DNA of 64,000 bases, from assembly GCA_963693365.1 (NCBI GenBank), contig CAVNZM010000007.1, positions 3,655,962 to 3,719,961 on the forward strand. The letters run 5' to 3'. The notes under the pieces were generated by a model. It had not been told where the DNA came from and made no database searches. It was given only the letters and a program-made list of their open reading frames with translations. Shown in pieces: positions 23,041 to 41,035 of the stretch; position 1 is the stretch's first letter, and each line of letters opens with the position of its first letter. A program made the translations under genes and the position numbers. The stretch comes from Amoebidium appalachense. Taxonomy: Eukaryota; Protista; Ichthyosporea.

Positions 23041-23387
23041 TTTTGTTTTTGTTTTTTTTTATCCCGTTTTGTTCTCGGAGGGACCCTCAAGCTCCTTTAG
23101 AGGGACTACCGTCTTCCACCCAGCACCGACTATACTCTATAGCTAGGGTGCTATGGTGCCGGGCATCAGCTAAGCTAACACACTAACATAACCATTTGTA
23201 CACACTTAGCCCAGGGTTTTCGCCTCAGCTTCGCCGGTGGGTAGCATCACTTAGCACCAGGCTTCCCATCCACTCAAACTTTAAAAACGGGCCCTCTAGG
23301 TTCATCTACGGTGGTGAATATAGGGTGTGGTGTTGGTGGTGATTACGGTGGGTATATGTAGGTGTATGGTGGAATCTGGTGGTAGAA
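23041..23387 (-). mobile_element. 5'-truncated non-LTR retroposon 3' end
   Basis: T-rich tail at 23041-23060 and ~11-bp TSD CTATCCTACTA/CTATTCTACTA. It shares the blocks TTTTATCCCGTTT, CGTCTTCCAC and CTTAGCCCA with the reverse complement of 12430-12590. Confidence 0.65.
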
Positions 23388-23445
23388 CTATTCTACTAGG
23401 GATCCAGCGAAAACGAGTGGGGCATCTCAAAATCATAATATAACA

Positions 23446-23507
23446 CTACGGGCATATTTTGAACATGATGTCATACAGATCCAGCACACGGTCCGCAACA
23501 ACCTCCA

Positions 23508-23510
<3 letters not shown>
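23446..23510 (-). CDS. Probable terminal exon of an unresolved gene
   Basis: (CA)n-CAG acceptor followed by [20 protein letters not shown]-stop. Upstream exons were not resolved. Confidence 0.3.
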
Positions 23511-23583
<73 letters not shown>

Positions 23584-23745
23584 TGTGTATGTGTGTGTGT
23601 GAATATGTGTGTGTGTGTGTATGTCACGCCACAGTGTGTGCATGTGTGCATTGGGGGGAGAGAGTGGGGGGGGCGGGGAGTAATTAATAAATTTTTGTTG
23701 CCTTCGGCAGGGTTACCGTAGCTACGTCACGGCCTGCACTCAGAA

Positions 23746-23785
<40 letters not shown>

Positions 23786-24328
23786 GGGGGGGGGATGATT
23801 CGAAGGGGGTCATAAAAAAGAACATGCACCTAAAGGTCTTTCCCGTGGATCCTCCCCCCCCCCCCCCTTCCCACCTCTCCCTCCCCCGGGGCCCCATTCT
23901 ATGGCCCAATATTATATGCCCCCTTCCCCCCCCCCCCCCCCTCTCCGGATCCCCGGACCCCACTTCCCTACCCGGAGGCTCGAGAGGTCCCCCCTTCCCC
24001 TCCCCCCCCCCCCCCCCCAAGGCTTACGGGGGCCCTTCTTCAGTGAGGGGGGAGGGGGTGGGGGAGGGGGGGGGGGGGAGGGGGGTGCGGGGGGGGGAGG
24101 GGGGGAGGGAAGTGGAAGGCGGGGGGTGGATGCATGTCAGCCTAGGTGAATTCAATTGTTTAACTCCAGTGTACAGGACTGGTCTGAAGGCTTAAGAAAA
24201 CAACGAGGAAATGGGGTCCAGTGGAGGAGGTGGTGGTGTTCTGTGTGTGTGTGTGTGTACACGTGCACGTATGTGTGTGTGTGGTTTTTTTGGATGGGGG
24301 AGTGGTGGTGTCTGGTGTGTGTACACGT

Positions 24329-24381
<53 letters not shown>

Positions 24382-25186
24382 TAAAAAGAAAAACTGCTCG
24401 TGGGTCACTGTTTTTCGTCACTGTATTTGTAACGGGCCGCTCATATTAATATAACTACTTTAAGTGCACGTGTTCATTATCATATACGATAGCCAAATAT
24501 AGAAATTTTGGCGTCGAAGTTCTTGGAGCTAAAAAAACGTTTAAAAAAGGGGAAATAATAACTTGGCCCCAAATTTACCTTGCCATTTTTAGCGAATGTT
24601 TTGAGTTCTAGTAATTCAGTGAATGCACGTGCCTGCCTCAGGCTGATCATGACAATTGCAACACACCATTCCTACATGGATATCAACCAAAAGAAATTTA
24701 AAATAGTCTCTACTGTGGTGGTCTCCTAAACCTTGTGCGGCATGCCCATACATGGTATTACAGTGACACATGTGCATATTATTGTTCTGTACACCGGAGT
24801 GTGGTGCACGTGGCTGTTTTGTGCACACGTTACAATAGCAGCACGATCTCCCTAAACTCCATGTTTACACATCCCTCACCCTGGCTCTGCCTTGTCGGTG
24901 CTCTAAAACACACACAAATCCCCCTAGACTCAGTGACTGCACATGGTTGCATTCATGTGCAGGTCACGTGACACATGCAATGCCATTCTGCCGTCTAGAG
25001 CAACAACCACGGCAGCATGTATACCGGCAGCACGATATATACTTATGTACGTGATCATGATATACCGCTGAGGGGATATTCCGAGCAAACCCCCCCCCCC
25101 CCATACCTGAGACTGGTTCTCTTTGCCTCGAGTAAACAGCGTAAACCCCCCCATATATACTTATCGGCAGCCCACTGAACTCGCCT

Positions 25187-25361
25187 ATTTTCTTTTTTTC
25201 ATGTATGACCCTGCTTTTTTGTGAAATCACCCTTTTTGGCCTCCCGGTAGTGGATTTTGCAGGATTTGACTTCTTTGAGGTCCAAAAACCTCAATTTTTC
25301 CTCGGCGGGGCCGGGGAGGGAGACTTCAAAATTTGCCCGCTCCTGATATGGTACCCGGGCC
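25187..25361 (+). repeat. ~175-bp dispersed repeat, copy 1 (inverted relative to 34273-34448)
   Basis: High-identity reverse-complement match, also visible as the shared peptide ITLFGLPVVDFAGFDFFEVQKPQ in both ORF tracks. Confidence 0.9.
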
Positions 25362-26241
25362 CGTCACGGACTAACCGCGTCTGTCCATGTGTGTCACAGT
25401 CCGACTGTGTTACAGCTGGATCCGGACAGTCGAGTGTGTGAGCCGGCCGATCGTCGACCGTGGGAAGGACGAAGGTGCATTACGATTATGGAATGTGTTG
25501 CAATTCTTGTTGGTGGGTGACACGATCATGTGCACACCACTCGCAGTCACAAAGTTTAGAGTGTGAGCGGGTTAGATGCCGGTGTACTGTGGATCAGGAA
25601 TACAAAAAAAAAAAAAAGACCTCTTACAACAGGTCATGCATGCATATGAACCGGCACTATAGATCTCTTTAATACCAGTTATAACTACACACAGGGCTAG
25701 GATATTACAGCGACCTTAAAGCAGAAAGCGTCGCCAAACTATTGTGTAGACTCGGAATGAAAACAACAATAGAGCTTGCACTACCGTAAATGGATATCCG
25801 TGCTGTATACCAAAGCCGGCGCCATGTGTACTATTATGTATCGCACAGCCAAACCACTGACCCACGGGTCACTAATAACATAGTCAATGGTGGTGGGCTA
25901 AGCAGCATACATCGGTGGAGCCTGATTATGAAAGTACTTTAAACCAGTCTATTCCGTATGTTGAAATGTCTATTGCCTGGTCGACCATATGAGGGGAAGG
26001 TGTACACGTATTTATGTACACAGCATTATGTAGACCAACAAAGTTGAAGTGAATTCGAAGGGTTATGGGAAACAATAATGATGACACCAAGTGTCACATT
26101 GAATGCTATGAAAAAGAGCAGCAAGGGCAACGTTCCAGAAGTTAAAATGCACCTGAAGTACAACGGTTACCACTACGTAGTACAGTAAAGTTTAAAACAA
26201 CTATCAATTAAGTTTAAAACAGTGTTGCCGAAAGACCACAC

Positions 26242-29691
<3,450 letters not shown>

Positions 29692-29789
29692 CTGTGTGTA
29701 TGATGACCGTGTGTGTGTGTGTGTGTATGTTGTGTGTTGTTCGTGTGTGCATGTGTGTGTGTCCGTACATGTGTCCGTACATGTGTGCT

Positions 29790-29829
<40 letters not shown>

Positions 29830-29878
29830 TGCTTGTGTGTGTGTGTGTGCTTGCTTGTCCCTGTGAGTGTGCGCGCGC

Positions 29879-29956
<78 letters not shown>

Positions 29957-31401
29957 ATTGGGTTCGGTGGGCGCGGGGGGAAGGGGAGGGGGGGAGGGAA
30001 GGGGGGAGGGGAGGGAGGGAAAGAAGTCAGAAACTAGTAGCCAAGCATAAAAACAGGTATGTAGAAGGGGTTAGATTGCCAATTATGTCAGACAGTGCAT
30101 AGCACACAGGCAAAAAAGACACCACAATGCAGTACAACAGCAAACATCGAATGGCTTGCAAAGGTGGTGCACACAGAGGAACTGCGCAACACAAGAGGTA
30201 TCCAGAAAGGAGGCAGGGAAAGGGGAGGGAGGGGGGGGGGGGGTCCAGTGGATTGAGAAAAGACACAAGGACACGATGAATAGACTATGGCTTGTGGTAG
30301 GAAAACAGACAATCTACACACACACACACACACACACCACGCACGCACGCATGCACACAGACACACGCGGGAGCGCGCGCACACACACACACGCGCGCGC
30401 ACACACATACACACACACACACACACGCACTCACGCGCGCAGGCACACACGCATGGGGGCACCGACACATCGCACGCGCATCATTGGGTCTTCGAAAGAA
30501 GAGGGGGGGGGGGGGGGGGGGGAGAGAGAGTGGTACCCAAAGCACAAAGACCTAGGGCTGAAGGAAAACTATCCAAACAAGCAAACACAAGAGTATAGGA
30601 CATAATAGCTTCAGGGGGCTGCCGGAAAGGGGGGGGGGAGGGGGGGGGGGGGTTTTGAATGCGTCAAAAAGTACGAAGTACACAAGAACAAACGGATAAC
30701 ACGATGCAGAATGCAAGCCATACATAAAGAGTATGCATAATAAGCAGAGCCCATCCTCAGGGGGGGCCCACGTCATCCACAGTACCCGAGTTTCGACCTA
30801 TTCCCCTCGTTAACGAAACCCAACTCAGATACTGTTTCACTTGAACATGAGTAGGTCAGGGGGGGAGGGGGGGGCTTTAACAAATGTGCACAGGTATGAC
30901 ACAAGATACAAGGAAGTACATAAGAAAATGTACATCAACCTAAAAGGGAAAAAAAAGCTCTCCCAGGGTGCCGAAGTGATGGGAGAGTTTATCAGAACCA
31001 GCTCCCAGCGTTTTTGTTCGTGCTTAGAACCCGACGTTGAGGTGTGTTTGTGTAAGTACGTACGTTTATGTGTGTGAAATAAAATGTGTGTGTGCATACA
31101 CGCAGGTGTGTATGTGTGAATCTGTGTATGTGTGCACGTGTGCATGTGTGCACGTGGGGATGGTGCATAACTGTGCTGGGTGTGTGGGTTAAAAAGGAGC
31201 AGGGAGAGGGTGTGTCCACAGCAGGAGCCACAGGCAGGAATCTCCTCACGTAGGGGCACAACGGCAATGAAGGCACAGTAAAGTCCATAGACAAACTATC
31301 ATATAGGCGTGTGCTTGCGCGATTTAAAAACAAGAAAAACCTGTAATCGTATTATAGCTGCACTCCCAGCCAGCCTCCCCCCATCCTTCTGGGGGCCTGG
31401 G

Positions 31402-31455
<54 letters not shown>

Positions 31456-31458
<3 letters not shown>

Positions 31459-31547
31459 ACACAAAAACACAAACACACAGACACGCGTGCGCATACAGTA
31501 GTAGACTTACACACGCAAAGACTCACGCACGCACACACACGTGCGCG

Positions 31548-31618
<71 letters not shown>

Positions 31619-31762
31619 CACCACCAGAAAAAGATTTTGCAATTTTATTATCTCTCTTAGAACTATGACACACAAAAACACAAACACACAGACACGCGTG
31701 CGCATACAGTAGTAGACTTACACACGCAAAGACTCACGCACGCACACACACGCGCGCGCGCG

Positions 31763-31855
<93 letters not shown>

Positions 31856-31904
31856 CACCACCAGAAAAAGATTTTGCAATTTTATTATCTCTCTTAGAAC
31901 TATG
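31456..31904. repeat. Local tandem duplication of ~210-240 bp
   Basis: GACACACAAAAACAC...CTCTTAGAACTAT occurs twice head-to-tail and differs mainly in (CA)n length. Confidence 0.9.
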
Positions 31905-32367
31905 ATCATAATTACTGATAGATTGTCAGCGTGAGCGTGAAGGTGTGTGCATGTGTGTGAAGGGGGGGGACGGGGGGGGGGGGGGAGGGGGGGAGGGGGC
32001 AACATTTACACAGAACACAAAGACACGTGGCATGCAGCAGTAAACACCATGTGACCAGGTCGACATACCAAGCAAAAAAGCCCCAGGAAAAAAGCAACAT
32101 AGCAGTGAGCTGGGTGGGCGGGTGGGGGTTTTGGGGGAGCGGGGGGGGGGGGGGGGGGTTGAATGTGTCATTAAATACGAAGTACACATGAACAACGGAT
32201 AACACGATGCAGAGTGCAAACCATACATAAAGAGTATGCATAATAAGCAGAACCCACCCTCGGGGGGGGGCCACGTCATCCACGGTACCCGAGTTTCGAC
32301 CCATTCACCTCGTCAACGAAACCCAACGCAGATACTCTTTCACTTGAACATGGGTGGGTCACCCGTC

Positions 32368-32410
<43 letters not shown>

Positions 32411-32524
32411 AAATACACGGGAGATAGCCTTGATAATAGGGCCCCGGGTGGAAAGCCAGAGCTGATGGGTGGTGTGTGTGTGGGTGTGTGGGTGTGGGGT
32501 GTGTGGTGAGGGGGTTTCAGGGGC

Positions 32525-32555
<31 letters not shown>

Positions 32556-32559
32556 CCAC

Positions 32560-33852
32560 CCTTTTCTCAAATCCAAGAATGTCTGGATTCTCGTCCTTTT
32601 GGACGTCGAGATAAGTTCGTTTTTGCACCGGGGCTTCCTTAGCAGTGGTTGGGCGCGGGGCAGTTTTACCAGCACCATGGGGTGCTTGGTAGTAATTGAT
32701 GTTCACGTGGTAGCTGTTGTTAATGTTAACGCTGAGTGGCGGGTTCAGCACCGTTTCGACGTTACGGAAAAGAACGTCCAAATCTCTCGATGTTAATTTA
32801 ATGGTGTTCCTTGAACGGGCCCATTCCTCCTCCCCAAGCTCCTTGTCGCTTACGCTGCTGATGGGAATATCCGTGTCCCCGTTCTCGTGCATCACCTTCA
32901 ATTTCTGAGGCCGTCCACCGGGGTTGGGAATAATCTCCAGAACCTGCACCACGACGTACCCATGTTGCCCCTGATTTCCAGCGTTCACACGCACCAGCAA
33001 CCCCTTGAGCTTCCCGTATAGGTTAGGAGCCACGGGGTTGGTCAAGAACGTCTCGAGCTGGCTGCGTCTCAGCTGAATCCGCTTGATGTCTGCAAACGTA
33101 ACCGGCCCGACATGCAGTGGGGGCTGTGGGGGGCCTAAAACTGGGGCAGGCGGGTGCTTTGGCGTGTTGCTATCCAGTGGCTGCGCAGGATACTGAGGGA
33201 GTGGTTGCGAACGTGCTGGATTTCCTTGGTTTCCCGTCCCACCAGTCGAGTGATAACTCTGCCTTACTGGGGCTTGGGCCATGTTGTGATGCTGCTGTGT
33301 TTCTTGACGGATGGGTGGTGGTTGGGAGTAGGTGTTGTATGGCTCCGTTCTAACCGGGGCTCTCCACTCCTCTATGGGCCTATACGGGGCGTAGGAAGTG
33401 GGCCGTGCGGTTGGGACTCCGGAAACATCGCTGTATGAGCCCCGCACGCTTTGAAGCGAGCTTGGTACCTTTCTTGGTCCGAAATCGTCCATATCGGGTG
33501 GTGATAAGTAGGACGGGCGGGTCTGGCTGTTTGGTGCATGCGGTTGCGGTTCGTAGAGGTAAGTGGGTTGTTGTGTATTGTATATGGGGGCGGGATAACC
33601 AATCGTAGGCTCATAGTTGACTGGCTGGGTGATTGGTCGTTCGCGGGTTGATGAAACGTAAGGCTCTGAGCGTCTTTCGGGAATGATGTTTGGTCTGAAC
33701 GGAGGGGGCTCGTATGTTGTTGGCATGGAATTCCCAGCAAGGGGGGGAACTAGGGTGTCATGATAAAAGTCATGTGCAAAGTTGTAGCGTGGAGCAGGCG
33801 GATGCCTTTCTCCCCGTGCAAGTGGGTCGTTTGGGTGGTAGGGTGCTGACAT
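32560..33852 (-). CDS. First exon: Pro/Tyr-rich low-complexity region followed by a Plus3 domain; probably the 5' end of the SP-RING gene
   Basis: ATG start. VTFADIKRIQLRRSQLETFL...LKGLLVRVNAG...YVVVQV...ISSVSDKELGEEEW resembles Rtf1-type Plus3. The donor is AGG|GTGGGT at 32560/32559. Confidence 0.8.
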
Positions 33853-34272
33853 TTTTTCGTGCTTAAAAGTGTGCTTGTGCGCGAAACACGAAAGGCAGGG
33901 CGAGTGACGTTTCTGATGATCGAAGCTGAGAAACTGTATGTGACTGCGTGCTTAAGTACAAACAACGATTGGTTTCTCATATAGGGGAAACATATGAAAA
34001 GTACCCAAACTGAAACCGAAAAGGTTACTAGCTAACTCACACTCGGAAACTTCTGTCAAACTAAAAATTCGTCTGAACACCTCTGTTGTCTATGATCATC
34101 ATGCATGCCTGCCACCTACTGAGATGGCTCCTTATTTTTCCTTACACAATCAGCGAACACTGGACTCTATCGAACCGTCGAGGCGCCGCGACAGAAAGCA
34201 TGCACGCGGTCGCGAGAGTGTAAGGAAAAATCCCGTCTGCAGCGAACGTAAAGTTCATCGCAGCGCGTGCAC

Positions 34273-34448
34273 GGCCCGGGTACCATATCAGGAGCGGGCA
34301 ATTTTTGAATTCTCCCTCCCCGGCCCCGCCGGGGAAAATTTGAGGTTTTTGGACCTCAAAGAAGTCAAATCCTGCAAAATCCACTACCGGGAGGCCAAAA
34401 AGGGTGATTTTACAAAAAAGGAGGGACATACATGAAAAAGAGAAAATG
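34273..34448 (-). repeat. ~175-bp dispersed repeat, copy 2
   Basis: Reverse complement of 25187-25361. Confidence 0.9.
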
Positions 34449-34829
34449 GTGTACGTGTGAGCATGCATGCCTGACTGCACTGGGATCAAATTTTGCAACG
34501 GTCACATATTGCAGGGCGGGAGATTTTATGATAACGGCCAAAAAAAAAAAAAAAAAAAAAAAAAAATCACCGTCGGCGGCCGACCCGGTCCCGGCACGTG
34601 CACAGTGCGTAAACGGCATGTAAAGTAGTCAGAGCTATGAAAATAAACAGAGAGGGAGTACCTATGCAGCACACCTTGGTATTCCATGATGGAGGTCCCG
34701 CTACATAATAGTTGTGTATGGAGTCGGGGGGTCGGCGCAGGGGCCGGCCGCCGACACCACCGTGCACGTGCCGCTCCGGCCTCTAGGCCTCAAAAAATCT
34801 AGTCACTTTGGAGTGCTGTCTCCCTGCGG

Positions 34830-34862
<33 letters not shown>

Positions 34863-35826
34863 GGTTGCCGCATAGTAGTGCTCGGCCACTTACGTGTAAG
34901 CCAGCGGGTACAAAGCCATGGAGACTATAATAAACCACGGTACGGCGTACGTTGTACGTACACCAAGTCAGCCAGCTCTAGAGGCCCCGAGGCCGGCACT
35001 GCTAAAACCGAAAGGGATTATTTATGTTGCGACCGCGTCGAGCAAGAGTGTAAAGGACATGTACTATAGAACCAGCAGAGTTACTGGCTACATCGAATGC
35101 CACTACTGGGCTATGCAACAGTCACTGGAATTGCCTTTCAGTGGAACCCCATCATCATCCCCCTGGGGTGTGTGTCGAAATGGGCTAACAGGGTACCCCA
35201 CGTACACATGCAAATGATGAAGTTTAACAGCGGCTAAGCCCTTTATTCAATAAGAAAAATATATATGTGGTCCGTGGTGTACCATACTACCATGGCCACA
35301 AGAACACGGCACTCTCAAACAACATAATATGTCTATCTCAGCCAGTAAGAAGACACACAAATTTCAAGACATGATACCACCTGCCTCCCCTGCGGAGGGA
35401 CAAAAAATGAACACGCAAACAGCTACGAAGAAAGACAGCCATGCCAAGGAGACAACAAAAGTTACCGTGGCTCAAAAATGAAACCATTATAAACCCCGTC
35501 ACTTACAGCAACAACAGCCCAGAGGGCAGAAGTACCCACAACCAAAGTGCACCACAGTCAGACAACACATGTACAACTTATCGGTGCCCGAAAAACTGTA
35601 AAGGAAGCTGTGAAGATAGCTACAACTGTAATGGTAACTGAAGTAACCACACCCAAACCAGTCGAAAGTCGGACAAACTAGACAACATCAAGCCCACTCT
35701 CCCAGATATATGTTGGCTGTTAAAAATGTACCATCCTACTTATAAACCCCTTTAACACGCACCACAAACCCTCCAGCCCCATCTCACCCCTTTAGCTCCC
35801 CATGCAAAACACACCAACTGCTGGAT

Positions 35827-36493
35827 TTACATCCCCTGTTGAAACAACGACTGCTGGCGAGTATACTCCTTGAGGGCCTGCACCTGCGAGTCGAAAATCT
35901 CCACCGCATGCTTGACAATATCCATGTTCAGACCACCGTACCCAGGCACACCGAACGGCTGCACGCCCATGGGCTGCATCGTTGACATCAGGGTGAAGGC
36001 CATGGCCGCTGATGTCAGTAGCTGTTGGGTGGTAGCTGCAGCGGTTAGTGCAGCATTGTTGATCGGAAGACCACCATACTGTGTGAGGAGGAGTTGCTGA
36101 GCCAACAGCGCCTGCGAGTCCACCATGGGCAAGGTCATCGAACCAAGCGCAGATGGGGCGCCGGGAAGCTGGGTTGGGAAAACTGGAAGGGGCGGGCTTG
36201 TGGCTCCTCCAAACAACAACGGGGCACCGGGCAGAGCCATGGGGGCAGTGGCAGTAGGGATGGGGCTGAATGGAGGGCTGGGAGGCGCCAGTGTGGGGGT
36301 CAGGGCAAACATGGGTGATGCTGGTTCGGTCTTTGTCACGGGGGTGCAAGGCCGGGTAGACACCCCTGACACATCTTCGGTCGACCGGTCGACACTGGAC
36401 TTCGGGGTCACAGTCGGTGTCGTGTTCTACGAAAAAAAAAGTCCGATAAGTTAAGAGCACGAAAAAAAGAAAAAGTAAAAAAGTCAAAGGAAG

Positions 36494-36532
<39 letters not shown>

Positions 36533-37727
36533 AAAACAGAACACTTAAAAAACCAAAAACACAGTTGTTTGTGCATACCACATGAACGAACAAGGAATAC
36601 TTGGCATAATGGCATAATGTTGGCTACACACCTTGGGGGGAGGTGCAGTGCTGTACGGATTGACGCGCTCGCCTGGGGCACGCCACACACGCTGCCGGCG
36701 GCGGGGCCCGGTCTTCTTGACCATCTTGATGGGCCTGTCCGTCCCATGTATCTTCCAGTAGAGGCCGCAGGCATTGCACAAAACACAGTTGTTCTCACCA
36801 CGGCGCCAAAGCGACGTCTCTGTAGTCTTGCAGTTTGTGCACTCCGTCTCGATCACCGGCTGGCTCTTGAGCTTCTTTGCCGGCACGCGGCGCTCCTTGG
36901 GAGGAATGCGGTTCTTGCCATAGGTCTTGAGGAAAAGACCACAGGCGTTGCACAGGAAGTAACCGTTGTCATTGCGGCGCCAGAGGGGTGTCTCCGCCGT
37001 CCAGCAGTTAAGGCACAGACGGTCTTCCTCGTGTGCAGTGGGGCATGATCTCTGTAGAACCTGCAAGCATCATAGAACGTTAATTAAACAGTGTTTTCAA
37101 AGGGGGAAGAAAAAAGAAAAAAGAAAAAAAAGAAAAAAAAGGCCAAGCTTGCTTCTTGGTGTCCAACTCTGTCGTACAGTCACTTGACAATAGAAAACGA
37201 AAAGTACACAAGTGACCATCAAGCAGCCAAAATGTGCCGCAAAAGGGAGGCTTCAGAGCCACACTGGTGCATTTCACGAGGAACACCATACAACGACAGC
37301 AGGACAACATACTATGCAAGCAAACAAACCCTTGCAAATGCAAGAACATGAACACAGAGCTTCGCCAGAGGTATGGAAAAACCCATGGGTATTCGCCACG
37401 AAAACCAGGGAGCATTAGGCACCCAAGACCACCAAGCAAACTACTTACTTCTTCGGGAGTTGGATTGTCAACACTGTATGTCTCATCGTCTGACTCGTGA
37501 ATGTCTACTTCCTCTGTGTCGGACGAAGCCGGGGAGGTAGTGGATGAAGAAACTGAGGAGCTGCTCCCAAAATAACTTTCAGGAGACAGAGGCTGCCATA
37601 AGGCAAAAGGATAGCTCGCTCCAAAACTGTTAGCCAGTGGCTGGTTGAGGTCGAACCCTGGAAAGGGCGCCTGTAGGTCCATGTTGACGGGCACGTCGGA
37701 CATCAAGTCGAAGAATGAGTTGACCAT
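35827..37727 (-). CDS. GATA transcription factor with two tandem zinc fingers (3 exons, ~435 aa)
   Basis: Exons 37449-37727 (donor GTAAGT), 36632-37060 and 35827-36426, all phase 0. It has two C-X2-C-X17-C-X2-C fingers with TPLWRR/TSLWRR and LCNACGL. Confidence 0.93.
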
Positions 37728-39134
37728 TTTAGAATTTTCTGTATTCGCTATTGAGCGAGTTTTTTTTTTTTGGACAAGGAAGCTTTCGTGCTACTGACAC
37801 AAGAAGGGAACCGTAAATTTCTCTTACTGTAAAGCTCGTTTAGAGAATAGATGAATTTGTCTCAAGAAATAAGAAGAAAAAAACAGGTCAACAAAAAAAG
37901 AAAAGCTGGCAAACAACCCTATACCGCGCGGAATTATGTTACAACCTTGCAGCGAGCGTACAGGGTGGCGCACGCCGCCAGGTGGTTTTTTTTGAAAAAT
38001 TCACTGCTTAGTGTTGGGCAGCGGACTTCCAAGCATTAGCATCGAGGTAATCCACGCGGGTTTGGTTGACGCCAGCACATTTGTTGACCTTTGGGATAAT
38101 AGACATGGTAGATACTTTTACTTTACAGACTTTCCATAACTACTTTCTCTTCGGTTCCCCGGGTAAAGCTGTCTACAAAGATACGAAAAAACACAAACTC
38201 AGACAGAGATGTCAAACTGAGGATCACGTTCGCAGGCGGGAAAAGGCGTTTGAGGCTGGAGCAGGGGTGAGTCAGGTTGCCCGCCCGAAAGCGTTGGAAA
38301 GTCGAATGCGATTGGATGTTTGGGATGGGTGTTGCTCTAAGCCAATGAGCATGCAGACTCCTAATCCGAATCCACAAGGGGTGTAAAACGTTTTAAAGGC
38401 ACCATCCGAAGGCTTGTCGCTTTCTCGCGATATTCGCTACTGAATGCTTAATCTTACCTTTTTGGCAGAATTAACTAAAACACGCCTTTTTTTATCTGTT
38501 TATTTACTTTTATGGGTCGAAACTTCTTGCTTTTGCCAAATATGCTTATTGTAGAGTGCCCCGCCAAGATCTTAAATATTTAGCCAGAAGGTGGTAAACA
38601 TATTCGGTGAAGTCATTGATCTCCATTGGCCAACGTGAAGTGTATGCAGGAAATCCCCTTCTAGTATTCTTTATCCACCAAAAGACATATTTGTACTATT
38701 ATAGAAACTTTTTATAAGTTTATTTATATATGTCATATCTATATGTACATAGAGTGTTATGTCTGCACTTGCAGCTAGAATATGAGCTATTACCTAGGTG
38801 GGTTGAATCTGCTACCCCACTCAAAAGTTTCAAAACCTTACTCGCCCAAACACCCTTTAGGTCAAATTCCCATGTGACCTAGAACCAATCGTAGACCCCA
38901 GCAGAACACGGTCATCAAAGTTGTGGGCTTATGGCTCACCAAAAGATGTAAGGCTGGCTGGCTTCGGCTTCGACCTATTGTACGCAGTTTGCCGTTTCCG
39001 TTTTGGTGCGACTTAGAGAATCAAATGTTAGGACATCATGGAAAATTTACTACAATCTTGTGCTTCTGTCACCAGCTGACCAGTCGACCTTCGTGTGCAA
39101 GGGTTTTCTCCTTTTTCTTTCCGTGCTTCTCCCT

Positions 39135-39165
<31 letters not shown>

Positions 39166-39699
39166 CCCCCCCCCCTCCCGAATGTTTGCCTTTGCATGTG
39201 TCCTGCACCATGCTTCTCATCGTGTATGCGTACTTCGTACTGTGTTCCGCATTCAAACCTCCCTCCCCTCCCCCTGCCCCTCTCCACTCGCTCGCTTCCT
39301 CCGCTCCCGCCCATCTTTCTGTGTGTTCCTCTCTACCTCTTTCTCACTCCTCTCTTTCCCACTCTCTTCCTCTCTGTTCCTTTTTCTCTCTTTCTTTCTG
39401 TGTCTCTGTTCCCCTCTCCCCCCCCCCCTCCCCTCCCTCGACGCTCTTTCCGCCACTGTTTCTCCTTCTCCGTCGCCCTCTCCCTCTCCCTCCCTCCCCC
39501 TGCCAGGCTCTTCCCCTGCTCCTCCGCCCCCAGTTCCTTACCCTTATCCCTCCCTCTCGCTCGGGGTCCTACGTTTTTCCCCGTTGGGTGGACTGTTTTC
39601 CCGCCGACACACACAGACACACACTTACGCACACACAGAGAGGAAGAGTGTCACACATACACGGTTGCGTGCACACACACACCACAGACACATACACAG

Positions 39700-39776
<77 letters not shown>

Positions 39777-40174
39777 CACCATTTCTATTCCAGGCGCCCC
39801 CAGGTTGCATTTGCCCCCAGGCCTTCACGGGCATCCCTCCCGATGATGACCTCGTGTGGCTTCACCTAAACCGTCGGCCATCTCTGCCGACTTTTATAGC
39901 CTTATACTGAGCGTTTGGTTGTTCCTTTCCGTTTGCTACTCTCTGGTTCCCTGTTTAACCTTTCTTTCATCAACGACTTCTTCAGGTAGTCAGTTTTGTT
40001 GCACAATGGAGTTGCCATGATCGTTCGCTGTGGTGTCAGCTGATTCAGCAATCAGCTGAATGCTGTGCAGTCACGTGAAGCATATAGGTGATTAACAAGG
40101 ATAAGATAGCTTCAGAAGGTAACACAAATTATAAAGCCTATGCGATAGCCTTAAAAAGATCTTGCCTAGTTGTT

Positions 40175-40992
40175 TTATCGCCATGTCCATGTCATCCCAT
40201 GCTCGTCAAGAAAATCCATAGACTGTTGTGCGCACTTGGTTGCGAGCAACATGTACAGGATCCGGAACAACCAGGCTGTGTTGGTATAGCTTGAGGTTTC
40301 TTGTCGAGCTTGGGGAAAAATTCTGGTGATTACGGCACTTATGGAATGGGCTGCCGCGTATTTGTGATCTGAAAGTGCCATTGCGATCAGTGAATCCTCG
40401 CAAACTTAACTTGAGCTATGGATGCAGAAAGGGGGGGGGGGGGGGTTACAGTGTTGGCAGTGCTTGATTTCACCAGGTAAGTACAGTGTGGTGAGGAGGG
40501 TGCACGTGACGGTGTGCTTTGTGTGACTGAGCGAAGGTGTGTATGGCTTGTGCCTGTAGACGTAATACGTACACCGTGCACACGGCCACACGTCCATACA
40601 CTGCCAAGTGCTTCAGTACTGTAACTCACCATAGGCGGTTCTCACAGGTAGTCACCAGGGGCAGGTGCTTCCGTTTTTTTGTTTTTTTTTTTGCTTTTTT
40701 TTTTTCTGTGGGGGAGGGCAAGGGGAGGGGGGGGGGGAGGGGGGGGGAGGTCAACAGGGACACCGGACACAAAGGGCAATACCAAAACACCGCCAGGCAG
40801 TGTCTATGCTGTGTAAATATATAATAAGTTCATCCATAGTGACACCGTGCTTTATTGGCAAGGATGCACCTTATGTGAAGTCGCCTCCCCCTCCCCCCAG
40901 GCACCCACCCCCCCCACACACACACACCCTCCCCCGAACCACCACCACCCCCACAACCACCGCCAGCGGGCAACACCATGGCATATCTATGT

Positions 40993-41035
<43 letters not shown>

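Noticed and set aside
39771-39910. Plus-strand terminal exon after (CA)n-CAG
   Set aside because: It is plausible, but I could not link upstream exons or recognise a product, so it is not listed as a feature.
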